Positions 37,618 to 63,867 of a stretch of DNA of 64,000 nt are shown here, piece by piece. Location of the stretch: the NCBI RefSeq assembly GCF_009914755.1, contig NC_060941.1; one strand, written 5' to 3'. Below the pieces are notes generated by a model. The model did no database searches, was not told the DNA's origin, and worked only from the letters and a program-made list of their open reading frames with translations. Positions within the stretch are counted from its first letter, which is position 1; each line of letters starts with the position of its first letter. The translations under genes and the position numbers were made by a program. The DNA comes from the human T2T-CHM13v2.0 reference genome, Homo sapiens.

Positions 37618-38386
37618 TTACCAAATGTGTTATTTAAGTGATAAAGATGTGCTGGGTTGTGAACAAATCTCTGTCTTCAGAGAATTTGTGATCTGAGTCA
37701 GGTATAAGCAAACACAAAGGAAAAATAAAGGAGAAAAAAACAAAATGTGTAATAGACACCCACAATTAAAAGATGACAGGAATTGTCTCATTTTGTCCTC
37801 CTGGGGACAATCTGGGGACAGCTTAAAAAGGGAACAAGAAGCAATGGTGTATATTCTCAAGATTCAAGACCTTATAAACATAAAACATATTTCAAAGCCA
37901 ATTAAACTACGCATTCAAGTATCACTACAAAAACCCACCAGCACTCCAAATAACTTGCACAAAATTTGGATGCTTATTTTAGAAGCAGAGGAAGTTACTA
38001 AAGATGCCTTAATACTTACAAATCATCAAATGCTTGGTTCTGTATTGAAAAAGATACCAGAGCACCAGGAAAATATGCAAAATATAAAGCAGAAAATGGC
38101 ATAGGCTTAACAATGTTGTCACTCCAGGATATCTTGCAGAGGAATGTTCAGATTGATTATTAAGGCCTCTGGGTAACTTTAAATGTGTATTTCTCTAACT
38201 TGACAGTATATCCTTTTACTGATTAATCTGTATTCCAGAAAACTGCTTGACAGCAGAATACTTATGGTATATCCACATGATAGAATATTAGGTTGCCATA
38301 AAAAATGAAGTTTATGAAATTTTAAATAACATACAAATATATTTAAGTGAAAAAAGCAGAATAAAAAACTATTTATAAAATATTTA

Positions 38387-38690
<304 letters not shown>

Positions 38691-38901
38691 AATGCAATGC
38701 AAATAAGACAGAAGAAAACAAGGGAAAATATTAATAGTAGGTTTCTCTTGTTTTTTTCCTAATAACTTTTTTGGGGGTAGGAGGGAATAAAAATTATTTC
38801 ATAATCTGCATGTATTTCTAAGTTATTTTTATTTTAAAAGGTTAAAGTTATCTTACAGTAGGCTAGAAAAGGAAAAAAAACCCAAACATCTGAAATCTCC
38901 C

Positions 38902-39407
<506 letters not shown>

Positions 39408-39512
39408 GTCTCTGCCCAGTAAGTAGCACTCATTAGGTGCAACCAAGCCAAATATTACTGGCTGTGTTTTTTTAGTACTCACCATAATAGTTAACCAAAG
39501 AATGTTGTCTCA

Positions 39513-39863
<351 letters not shown>

Positions 39864-40309
39864 CTAAACTGAGATTCCTATTGAATTTTACATGGAATGC
39901 CAAGAATTCAACAAACTAAACACTAACAAAACAAAGACAAAAGTAACCGCACAAACCTCGATTCTCTTTAGCTATTTAGAGTGGTTTTATTTCTGTTCTC
40001 AAAGTTTAAAATTGCCCTTTCCATAGTACCTGAAAGTTATTATTTGAAACCAGCATTAATTTTATTATACTGATAATACTTTTTTCCAAATCAAACACTG
40101 TTTTTTTTTCAGTCACAAGAGATAACAGGAACTCTTTTAATCCTGATTCATTATAGACATAATTATATTCCCTAGCCTAAAACATAAATATAAATGTGTT
40201 ATACAAATCCACATGGTGTATGAATATTAGAAATTCTGGCAATTCTAATAATAGTTTGTATTCTAATTGGGCATCTAATTTTTTTGTGTATGTCGGTTGA
40301 TTTGTATTT

Positions 40310-42910
40310 ATTTTTATTTTTTGAGAGACAGGGTCTCGCTCTGTCACCCTAGGCTGGGCTGCAGTGGCCTGATCATAGCTCACTGCAGCCTCAAACTCCT
40401 AAGCTCAAGGGATACTTCCGCCTTAGCCTCCCAAGTAGATAGGTCCACAGGTACATGACACCATGCCCTGCTAATTTAAAAATTTTTTGGAGGGACAGGG
40501 TCTTGCTATAATATGTTGCCCAGGCTGGTCTTGAAATCCTGGGCTTGAGAAGAGATCCTCCCACTTTAGCCTCTTACAGTGCTGGGATTACAGGTCACTG
40601 TGCCTGGCCACATCAGTTGATTTTTAAAAGAATAATTCTATAAAAAGTATTTGTTTCAGCAAGATAGCAATCAAGAAAACCTGAAAATCTTTCTGCTACA
40701 AATCCTTACAAATAGCAAGATAAAATATAAATGTAAAACATTATTTTAATGAACAAGCACATTAAAAGGCAGAAAGGAAATCCACAGTGTCAGAAACAAA
40801 GAAAGATAAGGAACTTTCATTAGTGGGTCAGGGACCACAGTTGCCCTGGAGAGCTTCCTGTGAGGATTTTTAAACACTGCCTTGGGATAGAAAAATGAAC
40901 CCCCCACAGAAAGGGAATTAAAAGTGAGACTAAAACTCCACCCCCTGCATAATGTTAAAATTTTTGTTTGTTTTCTTGAGACAGGGTCTCACTCTGTTAC
41001 CCAGGCTGGAGTACAGTGGTGCAATCATGGCTTACCACAGCCTTGACCTCCCAGGGCTCAGATGATCCTCCCACCTCAGCCTCCCAACAGGCCTGTGCCA
41101 TCACACCTGGCTAATTTTTGTAATTTGTTAGTAGACATGGGATTTCGCCATGTTGCCCAGACTGGTCTTCAACTCCTGAGCTGAAGTGATTCACCCGCTT
41201 TGGCCTCCTAAAGTGGTGGCATTACAGGCATGAGCCACCATGCCTGGCCAATGCTAAAATTCCTATTGAAAGAACAGACTAGAAAAATGTCTGCCTACTG
41301 GCATAGGAAAACAGCAAGGAATTTTGTCTGTTTCTACTGGGCTCTGAAGAGGGGGAAAAAAGTCTTACCTCAAAATTCAAAGTAAGATTTATGTGCCTAA
41401 TTTCGGTTTGGGATTTAAGGTTGAGGTTCAAATTTTAAGAAATTAACATAAAAATTGTTCAGGAGCTAGTGTTATTTGAATAAAGCAAAAGTAAAATCCT
41501 CTCTGGAAGGAAGGTTCTAGGTACAATGGAGCAAGCACATTCCACTCTATCTTTTCCACTGAAAGTAGCAATAAAACCTGGAGAGATGGGTAGTGTAGTT
41601 ATTTAAGGATATTCATAGTTATTTACTTTGAAAAGTAAATAGAAACAGGCATACTGATGAAGACTGAATTTGAATGACAGCAAAACTGGCAGATTAAAAC
41701 AAGACCCAGAGTCTTATTAAAAAAAAAAAAAAAAACCTAATGAAAATGTTCAGGATACAACCCCAAATTATTCAGCATATGAAAAACCAGGAAAGACAAC
41801 CAACAAACATCAATGATGAGATGACACAGATGTCTGGAATTATTTAAGGGCTTTAAAGCTAGATAAAATGCTCATCAGCCAGGCCTGGTGGCACATGCCT
41901 GTAGTCCCAGCTACTTGAAAGGCTGAGGCAGGAGGATCGCTTGAGCCCAGGAGTTTGGGACTAGCCTGGGCAACTTAGCAAAGCCCCATCTCTATAAAAA
42001 AAAAAAAAAAAAAAAAAAAATTTAAAAATTAGCCAGGCACACATTGGTGTGCACCTGTAATTGTCCTAGCTACTAGGGAGGCTGAGGAGGGAGGCCCACT
42101 TGAGCCCAGGAGTTCAAGCCTGCAGTGAGCTATGATTGTACCACTGTACTCCAGCCTAGGTAACAGAACACAAGACCCTGAGGGACAGAGGAAGGAAGGA
42201 AGAATTAAGAATGAAGGGGATAAAGGGACTGGTCTAAATTGTGTCAAATAGAATGCCATAGAGATAGCAAAAATAACAAAGGAGAGACAATAGATAAAAG
42301 GAAAAAAGTTGAAAATTTTGTAGAATTATAAAAAACATTCTGAATTAAATACAAATAAAACATATCAAAATTTGTGGGATGTGACTATAGCAGTGCTTAA
42401 AAGGAAAGGTATGACATTAAGTATTTATATTAGAAGAGAAAATATCTCAAATCAATAATCTAAACTACTACTTTAAGAAACTAGAAAAAGGAAATTAAAC
42501 TCAAAGCAAGTAAAAGGAAGGAAATAATAAAAAACATAATAAAATCAGCAGAAAAACAAAAAAACCACAATGAAACAAAATGGTGTTTCTTTGAAAAGAT
42601 CGATAAAGTTAAAAAAGCCTCTAGGTAGATTCACTAACAAAAAGAGAGCAAACAAAATTTCCAATATCAGGAATGAAAGAGGACATCAACTACAGGTTCT
42701 ATAAACAGTAAAATATAATAAAATGCTATCAGTAACTGTATGCTCATGAAACCAAAAACAGATGAAATGAGCAAATTCTTTCCTAGGTACAAACTACCAA
42801 AGGTTACTCAAGGAAAAATCGATGGGTATTTTAACTCTTAAAGAAATAAAATCTGCTCTAGTTTAAAAAGCTTCCAACAAAGGCAACTGTGGCCCCACAT
42901 GGCTTCAGTG
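40310..42910. mobile_element. AluJ copies (- 40310-40610, - 40960-41249, + 41878-42185) within + strand L1 relics
   Basis: Alu consensus; L1 ORF2-like phrase aaatatctcaaatcaataatctaa...aagaaactagaaaaag. Confidence 0.75.
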
Positions 42911-43236
42911 GTACACTCTTCCTTTTCTCTTTTTAAGAAGAGTTTGGTTAGCATTATTTCAGCCTTAAATATTTAGAAATCGTCTCCATCTTCAGCAAAA
43001 CAAAAAAACAAAAAAACAAACTTTCCTGTTCTAAAAGAGTGAAGAGTTTACAACAATTTTATGAAGTAGGGGAAAAAGAAAAAGAGCAGAGACGGTTAAA
43101 GAGGCCAAAACTAGCTAGTTCTGTGAAGCACCACCTCCACCTTGTGGCCCTTCATGGAACTGTTGCTGAAAACACTAAAACACACTGAGTTGAACTTCAA
43201 GGCACAAATTTGACCTCTTATTAGTAGTGTTTCTGA

Positions 43237-43660
<424 letters not shown>

Positions 43661-44551
43661 TACATGTGTATCTTTAAAACAAATCATTTAATTAGTATTT
43701 GTAAGAGCTGAGGCCTATAGTGAATATTCAAATGCTAGACTGCATGTGGGTATTACTGGGTAGTATGTGAATAATGTCACGTTTAGAACTCAGCAAGGTT
43801 TACAGTACTATGCAGAATCACATGTTAATAAAAATGCCAATATAAGGATTTTGCTTCAAAATCTTTCTTGGAACACCAATCAATTTTTATTAAGTATACC
43901 ATGTGTAAACTCATTATTATTTACTTAGCAGCAGACAGGGCCATGAACACACATAAAACGGCGATATTTATAATGAGGACTGATTTGTAATCACTTCTTT
44001 CCAAGGAGCTCCTGTTGACCTTAACCTTTGATTCCAGGTATCAGTATTTCCAGTTTTTACTTTCAACTTGCCCTAAGTAGATTCCTTCAAATCAGTAATG
44101 TTTCTGTGTTGTTAAAATTAATTCTAATAAGACAATTAGAATAATGTTTTCCATTTATTAAACTTCTTGACTAATTTTTTTCAGAATTCAAAAAAAACAC
44201 ACATTTCCCAAGAAATGCTAGGAAGAAATTCCTGCATGAAAACGCCTGGTCTTTTATCAAGCACTAAGATCTGGAAGTTTCCTACCTTTGTGAATGTAAA
44301 GAAAAAGACAAATGGCTGGACGTCAATGATAGCAATTACAAGATACTATTAATTGTAAGGAGCTTCAGAGATTGTTAACGCAAAAGAAATCTGCATCTTA
44401 TTACTCTGTCAATCATCTACCATATTTTTTGAGCACCTACTATGTATGTGCTCAGTAAAGCTAACTTGAGTTATAACTCCCTTAAATCAAGTTGCTCGAA
44501 TTTCAGATGCTATGGAAAATACATTAACCACCTGGTACAGATGACACTTTA

Positions 44552-45095
<544 letters not shown>

Positions 45096-45235
45096 TCAAT
45101 CCTCTTCCACTCCCAGAATGCTGTTCTGACTCTGATGTCTAGAACTGCAGCAAACATCTTACCGCCCTGAGAAGAGCTAAGCCTCTCACTCAGAATAGCA
45201 GGGCAAAAGATAAAACAACCCCACCCCCACCCTCC

Positions 45236-45236
<1 letters not shown>

Positions 45237-45290
<54 letters not shown>

Positions 45291-45333
45291 ACCACCCCAC
45301 CCCCACCCACCCACCCACACACACACACACACA
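45237..45333. repeat. (AC)25 microsatellite, then a C-rich (CCCA)n tract and a second short (CA)n
   Basis: Read directly. Confidence 0.95.
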
Positions 45334-46705
45334 CGTTCCTGATGACACTGAGCAGCTGAATTTTCTAATCCTGAAAACTGCTCTACCACAGGTGTACCTT
45401 CTTATTGAGAGATTTGTTAATGTAAAAGAGTTAATTTTCCTTTTTGTTCAAGTCAGTTAATTTTTCGATGAATTTTGTTAAAGGCATCTTAATAATTACC
45501 CTAAATGATCAGCAATGGCAGGCCATCAGGCTTTGTATTCCTCTTAAAGAGGCCACCAGCAAGGTTTTTAACAGGCATGCCAAGGCTTTTCCCCAGATGG
45601 TGTTTTGAGTACCCCTGATTTAACTGAAGGGGGTATGTGCTACTTCAGCAAGAAGTCAGAGAGCAAAGCCTTTAGTTTTACAAAGAACAAGAAATAAACT
45701 GGCCTACCTACAGTTGTGCAGGTCATCAATTGAAAGAAAAAATAAGTCAACCTTTTCAGCATCAGATCATTAAACCAGCGACTAATACAACCAAAGGTTG
45801 TCCCATATGGTTCCAGTAAAAAGGAAAAGGCCTATTTATGTTCATATCTAAGAAAAAAGTTATTTTTAAACTGATGCTTAAGAGCAATTAAGAGACACTT
45901 CAGTAGTCCCAAATTCCCAGCCAGTACCACAAACAACGCCTTAAAGTCCTCCAGACAACCTTCTCTTTGAGAAAGAGAGAGAACCCCACAGTGATATGAC
46001 ACCGAATGTCTTCTTTTTGTATTCAGCTAAAATAAAGAGTCTTGTTTTTCCTAAGCATGGATACAAGACAAATCCATTCAACTGTCTACTAAGGCTTATA
46101 GGTATATAAGGGTTTCCTGAGAACTTGCTCTTGCTGATGATAGAATAATACTGGCAACAGTGAGCAAGGCCGCACTCTCCTCGAGAAACAAAGCTGATTA
46201 CAGGAGGCACAGGGCTTCCTTTGTCTCCTGTACTACCTTCTCTCAGCCTCATCAGTTAGTCTCCTTCTCACAGTCTATCCTGGGACTCTGGAGGTAAACA
46301 AGCTGTTCAGATACCAACAAATTACAAGGGTGTACTTCTGTGTCCCTGTTGATTTGCACATTCACAGCAATTTTTCTTATTGAGTTCTAGGTGCTATTTA
46401 TAGCACAACACCCCACATATAAAGATAAAATGTGTTACTGAATAACACTGACCATTTAACTCTAAATCCTACATGAATAACTCCATTCTTTCAAAGACTT
46501 GGAAAATGTACCGATCTTCACTATGGCCAAGCAAATGCCTTTCTTCAGTTTAGGACAAGCTGTCAATTAGCTTTAAATAAGAAATGAAACTGGTGTCAAA
46601 AAGTTCCAGTGTTTTCTGTGCTGACCAGCCATTTTATATATAAAAATTAGTGCTGAGATAATGTAAATTGATAAATTGGAGGCTGAAATTAAGTCCAAAT
46701 CGGGC

Positions 46706-48010
<1,305 letters not shown>

Positions 48011-48270
48011 TTTTATTACGTATCTCATTTTTGAGCTGCCTATAAACCTTATCACAGCACTCATCGTCCTATATTACAACTGGCTATTAGTCTCCCCTGA
48101 CACCTAACAATTGGTTTTCAACTGCTCTCCTTGCCGCCCTCCTACCAATACCACCACACATACCTAGCATACCTGAGAGCTACAACTTATTTCTATTAAT
48201 AACTGTGGCCCACTCTGGCAAGTGATTCTCAAGGAGTGGTCACCTCTGGTTGAGAATTATTTAGTTCAAC

Positions 48271-48486
48271 TATTGGTTCTTGACTGGGGATGATTTTGCC
48301 TCCCAGGAAACATGTGGCAATGACTAGAGACATTTTTGGTTGTTGTAACCGGAGGGAAACACTACTGGTATCTAGTGGTTAACAGCTGAGGATGCTGCTA
48401 AACATTCCACAGTGCAGAGAACAGTCCCTGTAAAATAAAGAATTATGTGGCCTAAATGGCAATGGTGCAAAGGTGGAGAAAGTCTG
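48271..48486 (+). mobile_element. MER20 (hAT-Charlie)
   Basis: gattttgcctcccagg...agacatttttggttgt...ggatgctgctaaacatt...aagaattat. Confidence 0.88.
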
Positions 48487-48492
48487 AACTAG

Positions 48493-49367
<875 letters not shown>

Positions 49368-50301
49368 TTACAAAAATCTTTTCTATTTAATCTCTTCTAC
49401 TGAAATAATGCTGCCCATCACAGAAGCACCAATTAAGAAAACCAAAATATTTAGTGTTCTTTAACTGAGAAACCTGAAAATGCCACCACCTACACACCCT
49501 CTTCTTAGGGCAGCTGAGTAGATGCTGGCACCTGTATGTATGCTTTGAGCTACAATTCATCAATCATTGAAATTCAAATGAGTGCAGAGGTGGAAGGTGG
49601 TGGAGTTTCACTAAGAAATGAAAAAATTACAAGGCCAAATATCATTAAGAGAGTTGACATTCTTTTCTACCAATTTATAAAGGACACAGCAAGGGCAATA
49701 CACATAGCCTTGTTCTAAGCACCTCTGTTGCCCCAAATTGCAAAATGTCTTCTATGCTTTTAGATAAACAATAATGAACTTGGAAGAACATGCAAAAGAA
49801 ACACTAGAAAGTACAGCTGAGAACAAGCTGAAGTCAGTCATCATACAGGATTTAAAAAATGGTCAAAACTTGGAATGCTTCTTTAAGAAGAATAAAGCAA
49901 TCTACAGACACTAATTAAGACTGACTTTAAAAAATACTTAACATTTACTATTCTAATTAGTTGTTCTAGGGCATATCTTCCCCATTAGATTGTGAACATA
50001 TCTAATTCAACTTTGTATTAATAAATCTAGCAAAAATTCGATGCCTGGTATGTAGGTGCCTTAACATATTTATTGACCGAACAGATGAACTATATGCAGA
50101 TTTTTTCCCCATACAAATGCCTGTTCTAGTAAGGCCTGTCCTTTTATATAGTAACTTACCCATTTTGCCTTCCTCTGTATTTGGTATCTTAGCAAATCAA
50201 ATTCAGTGGCACAAGGAATGTTGTGTTCAGATCAAGCATGTCGAATAGCAGATCTCAGTAACATTTCCATTAAACCAACCACTCCCTATCCCTATCACTA
50301 C

Positions 50302-50304
<3 letters not shown>

Positions 50305-50333
<29 letters not shown>

Positions 50334-50380
50334 CCACCACCACCACCACCACCACCACCACCACCCACCACCCACCACCA
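50305..50380. repeat. Compound trinucleotide repeat (CAG)9(CAC)11 plus a degenerate CCA tail
   Basis: Counted directly. Confidence 0.97.
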
Positions 50381-50426
50381 AAAAAGGGACAGAATTCTCA
50401 TTTCCTGCTTACTTATAAGTTTATCA

Positions 50427-50582
<156 letters not shown>

Positions 50583-50701
50583 CTATAACTAGTGACACAA
50601 TAATCTATATTTTCTTTTTGAACTGAGCACCAAACTAAGTAGGGTACGTGCTCTGGTGCTTAATACTAAATTTCAAATTTTATCTGAAAATATTTCACTA
50701 A

Positions 50702-51934
<1,233 letters not shown>

Positions 51935-52980
51935 TTTCATTAGTATTTAAACTTTTTGCTTACACTACTTTAAATCAGGCAGGAAAAAAAAAGACATGAG
52001 CTGGACAGCACCTACATGAACCAGGCTGGCAGATAAAATCAACTGCAAAATGAGGATCAAGCTGCACACACTTGCACAGGATTTTACACTCTAGAAAAAA
52101 AAAAACTAAGTTCATGTATATTTAATTGTGGTGACTAAAGGCAGATAAAAATATCTCCATAGCAAATAAAATATAAGAGCTAGTTGCACTTTAATTTGAA
52201 GAAATGTATAAAACATCAGGTTAGGTAGTACGTAGGGAAGACAAGATAATCTCCAGTGATTTTAACACCTTTCTACTACTGAAACTTGAGCCAGAAAGCT
52301 AAACCACCAGCTGATCTTGTAGTTTTGGTAATGAGCCAGACCTTGACTATATAAAATTAAGTAAACTTAAAGGGTGTTAATCTTTCTCCAATTTAGGTAA
52401 AATTCTTTTCAGGGTCTCCAAAATAGAACTATTTCATTGTTTAAATTTAGAAATAGGTTTAATATCCATAAAATAGATAAGCAGATGGATATTAATGGCT
52501 AATCATCTGCCACATCCATAGCCAATATCCATAATCACTCTATCTTTTGAATAGATGGAAGTTTAATTGCCATGCCGGGGATTTGAGTTTATGTCTCCTA
52601 GGGGAGAGATAAACGTGTTAACTACTATATATCTTTTTGGGAAATTCCAACTATAAGTTTTGAGGATACTTTGATAACAGGAGAGAAGAAAGATGAGATA
52701 AAAGCAGAAAAGCAGTGTTAAAGTTGCTGTAAGTGCTTTGTTTCATACAAAATATATATAAATGCCTGTGACACATAATATAGCCCAACACTAACATCTT
52801 TGACAAGTGTAGGATAGACTGAAAAAAAAAAAAAAGGCTGACCGCCCCCCTACCGCCAACACATACAAATTTACAAGGCAGAGTTCAGATAAGGTTACGT
52901 ATCATTGTGAAAATGAGCTCTAACATATTTAAACTAAACTTCCGGTACTATTTCATCCCATTAAAAAAAGTACTATCTCT

Positions 52981-55278
<2,298 letters not shown>

Positions 55279-55371
55279 ACTTTCAAATCCAACTTTAGCA
55301 TTTTTGGTGCCCTTCAAGATCTAAAGCTCCACGATAACATCAATTTCAGGTAATAAATATCTACCCCACTA

Positions 55372-55644
<273 letters not shown>

Positions 55645-55696
55645 CTAAAAATAAACAACATTCTGTAGCCCCAATTGGTTTAGACTTTTGTCATAA

Positions 55697-56030
<334 letters not shown>

Positions 56031-56484
56031 CGTAAAATCTTAACTTAAAAGATTATCTGTGAGCTCCTTAAGAAAAATCATACAAATTTCAATGCAGTTA
56101 AACTATTAACAAATATATAACCCGTCAAACATTTGGAAATTATAAAGTATTATTGGATTAAAAAGAAAAATCAATGCTGAGTTAGAAACAAATTACAATT
56201 ATGGTACTTGAAATCAAAATGTCTGTGGCCAAACCAGTAGTGAAAAGAAAATGTACGGCCTTAAAATGAATTAATTAGGGAAAAAAGGGACTATATGACC
56301 TAATATGCATAGATTCAAAAGCTAGGAAGACAATAAAAATAAGCAAGCAAGAATGCTATTGCCAGAAGGCAGGGCCCTGCCCTTGAATTCAGCCTGCAGA
56401 ACTGTGAGTTAAATAAATCTCTTTTAAAAATACATTTTAAAAAAAGAATAAAAATAAAATTGTAAAAAACAATAAAAATAAAAA

Positions 56485-57975
<1,491 letters not shown>

Positions 57976-58054
57976 CTTACGAAAAATGATGACCAATTTC
58001 TCCACTAAAAGGATAAATGAATTATTGGTTAAGGAAAAAAGAATGCATTAACAG

Positions 58055-58365
<311 letters not shown>

Positions 58366-58681
58366 TTAACAAAGACAAAAGCAGAAATATAATGAAATGG
58401 TAAAAGACAATGGATGAAATAAATCTAAGAACTTGGTCTTTGAGGAGATGAACAAAATTAGCAAATCCCTTGAGCAGGTCAAATCAAAGGAGAAAAAAAA
58501 ACAGAAGTAAGCAATAAAATAAGTGAAAAAGAAGTTAACAACCCATATGCACAAGAAGTTTTAAAAATTTAAGAAAATAGAATAAATGACTGTATATCAA
58601 TAAATTTAAAGACCCAAATATAATTAGTTTTTCTTGGAAAACTATAGTAACTGACTTAAGTAGCAGCAGAAGTATGAGAAA

Positions 58682-60040
<1,359 letters not shown>

Positions 60041-60559
60041 TGAGGAAACCAACAAATCCAACAGAAATTAAAAAGGCTGTTAAAGTTCTAACTCTGAGTT
60101 ACTATACTAGTTTTATGAATGCTTTTTATTAGACATAAAGTTTAATACAGCATAGGAGCAAATAACATATAGTTAAAATAATTTTATAGCATAGAAAAGG
60201 ACAAAAACATCTGAATTTAATCTGTAAAACAAGCACAGAATTAGAACTAAAGTGGGTTAAGGATAGTGTAATGAAATAGATCGATTTCACTTATGACTAT
60301 GTAGTCAAGGATCCTAAGTAAAATATTAGCAAACTGAATACAGCAGTGTTTTTTTAAAAAAAGTATAGGCCCAAACTAAATAGGATGCATTCCAGTATTT
60401 CCAGAATGGTCAACATTAGAAAAATAATATAATTTACTTTATGATAACAAAGTAATGGAACAAAATAGTAAATCATTTTGACAAATGTCAAAACATCATT
60501 TGATATAATTCTACACAGCTTCAGTTTAAAAAGAAAAGAAATTCTCGTAGTAAGAAAAG

Positions 60560-60820
60560 AGGCAGTTTGGTATTAGGGTGAAGGGCATAGGCTCTGAAGT
60601 TCAAGTTTTTGGCTTTGCCAATTACCAATGTGAAACTAGCAACATTATTCAATGCCTGCTGCCTTGGTTTCCTCATCTGTAAATCTGGAATGAAATTGAC
60701 TTACCTTACCTCTTAGACTTCTTGTTAAGATTAAGTGAGTCAATGCATGTGACTTAGAATAGTTAGAATAATGTCTGGCACACAGTTAACACTTAGTAAA
60801 TGTTAGCCATTATTGGTATT
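60560..60820 (+). mobile_element. MIR
   Basis: ccttggtttcctcatctgtaaa core and tggcacacagt...agtaaatgttagccattatt end. Confidence 0.85.
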
Positions 60821-60892
60821 GTTGTTACTAAACAGGTTTAGTAACCTTTAGTTACTAAATTTCTTTAGTAAGAAATACAGATGTACAATAAA

Positions 60893-61110
60893 AATATGAA
60901 AAGATATTCGGCCTCACCTGCTATTCAAGGAAATGGTATATTAAACCAAATGGTATATTAAAACCAAAAGTACAGCTTTTTGGGTGAACTTTCTCAAAAA
61001 GCCTTTGTTACATATTTTGCAGATACAGTTGACGCTTGAACAGCACAGGCTTGTTGTACTGTACAGGTCCACTTAATATTCGAATTTTTTTCAACCAGAG
61101 AAAGATTGAA
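60893..61110 (+). repeat. Left arm of a near-perfect inverted duplication (partner 63783-64000)
   Basis: 216/218 identity to the reverse complement of 63783-64000, compared base by base. Confidence 0.97.
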
Positions 61111-61170
61111 TATATTACTATACTATACTATAGAATCTATTACTATAAATAGAAGGATGTACCTTTTAAC

Positions 61171-62923
<1,753 letters not shown>

Positions 62924-63455
62924 CACCCCTAAACTAGTCTTTAAATGTAAAGCAATTCCAGTCAAAATACTTTGGAGGAGGATTAAAAGTGCAAGAACCA
63001 CCAATAACATTTTGAAAACCAAGAACAGAATAAACATATCCTATCATAGTATTACAAACTATAAAACTACAGTAGTTAAAAAAAGTGTTAGTCTGGTAGA
63101 GGACATGACAAATACTGGGTTAAACAATACCAAATTGCGTTTTTGTATGTCCAAAACTTGAGTACTGGCAATTTCAGTTGTTTCGACCTCTATGAGTTCA
63201 AAAACAGAACCATGTTTGGGAATCTGGTCTATAATAAAGGATGGATTTCATATTGCATCATATTTCAAAAAACATGTTTCATTCATTTGGGGAAAAACAT
63301 CATTCCATTTACCTCACACAGCATCATATAAAATTAACTTTATATGAATTAATGACCTATATGTAAAAAAGTTAGAAAACAAAAAGTACCAGAAGAAATT
63401 AAGGGTTATTTTTATTAACCTGGGAGTTAAAAAGCCTTCCAAATAAAAATAAGAC

Positions 63456-63562
63456 CCATGAATATTATTGCCATGAATATTATTATTAATTATAATATTA
63501 TTAATATTCATGTCATGAATGTTAATTATATTATTAATATTCATGGATGAATATTATTAATA
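63456..63562. repeat. AT-rich palindromic array of a CATGAATATTA motif in both orientations
   Basis: Four forward and two reverse copies read directly. Confidence 0.88.
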
Positions 63563-63630
63563 CAGTTGTCTAAGATAAAATTTTAAAACTCTGTGATTAG
63601 CAGGAAAAAAAGGTGGCAATGGGGAAGAGA

Positions 63631-63867
63631 CAGTTGTCCCTTGGTATATGTGGGGGTTGGTTCCAGGACCCCTGCGTATACTAAAATCCTCGACTGAAGT
63701 CCCACCGTAAGACCTGCAGAACCCACCTATACGAAAGTTGGCCCTCCTATATGCAGGTTTGGCATCACCCGAATACTGTATTTTCAATCTTTCTCTGGTT
63801 GAAAAAAATTCGAATATTAAGTGGACCTGTACAGTACAACAAGCCTGTGCTGTTCAAGGGTCAACTG
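63631..63867 (+). mobile_element. MER8 (TcMar-Tigger MITE), full length
   Basis: Terminal inverted repeats cagttgtccctt...aagggtcaactg followed by TA; ~237 bp. Confidence 0.88.

Noticed and set aside
43134-43150. CTCF-like motif (a similar one lies at 24244-24260)
   Set aside because: Each has two core mismatches and cannot be supported without ChIP data.
45941-46290. Possible cryptic TRIM37 exon or 103-aa ORF in intron 22
   Set aside because: The acceptor is plausible, but there is no convincing donor and an in-frame stop follows quickly.
50206-50418. ORF with polyQ/polyH (Q9H11)
   Set aside because: Translation of an intronic trinucleotide repeat antisense to TRIM37. Non-ATG start, with no splice or coding context.
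52004-52013. GGACAGCACC resembling the right half of a REST/RE1 site
   Set aside because: The left half-site (TTCAGCACC) is absent.
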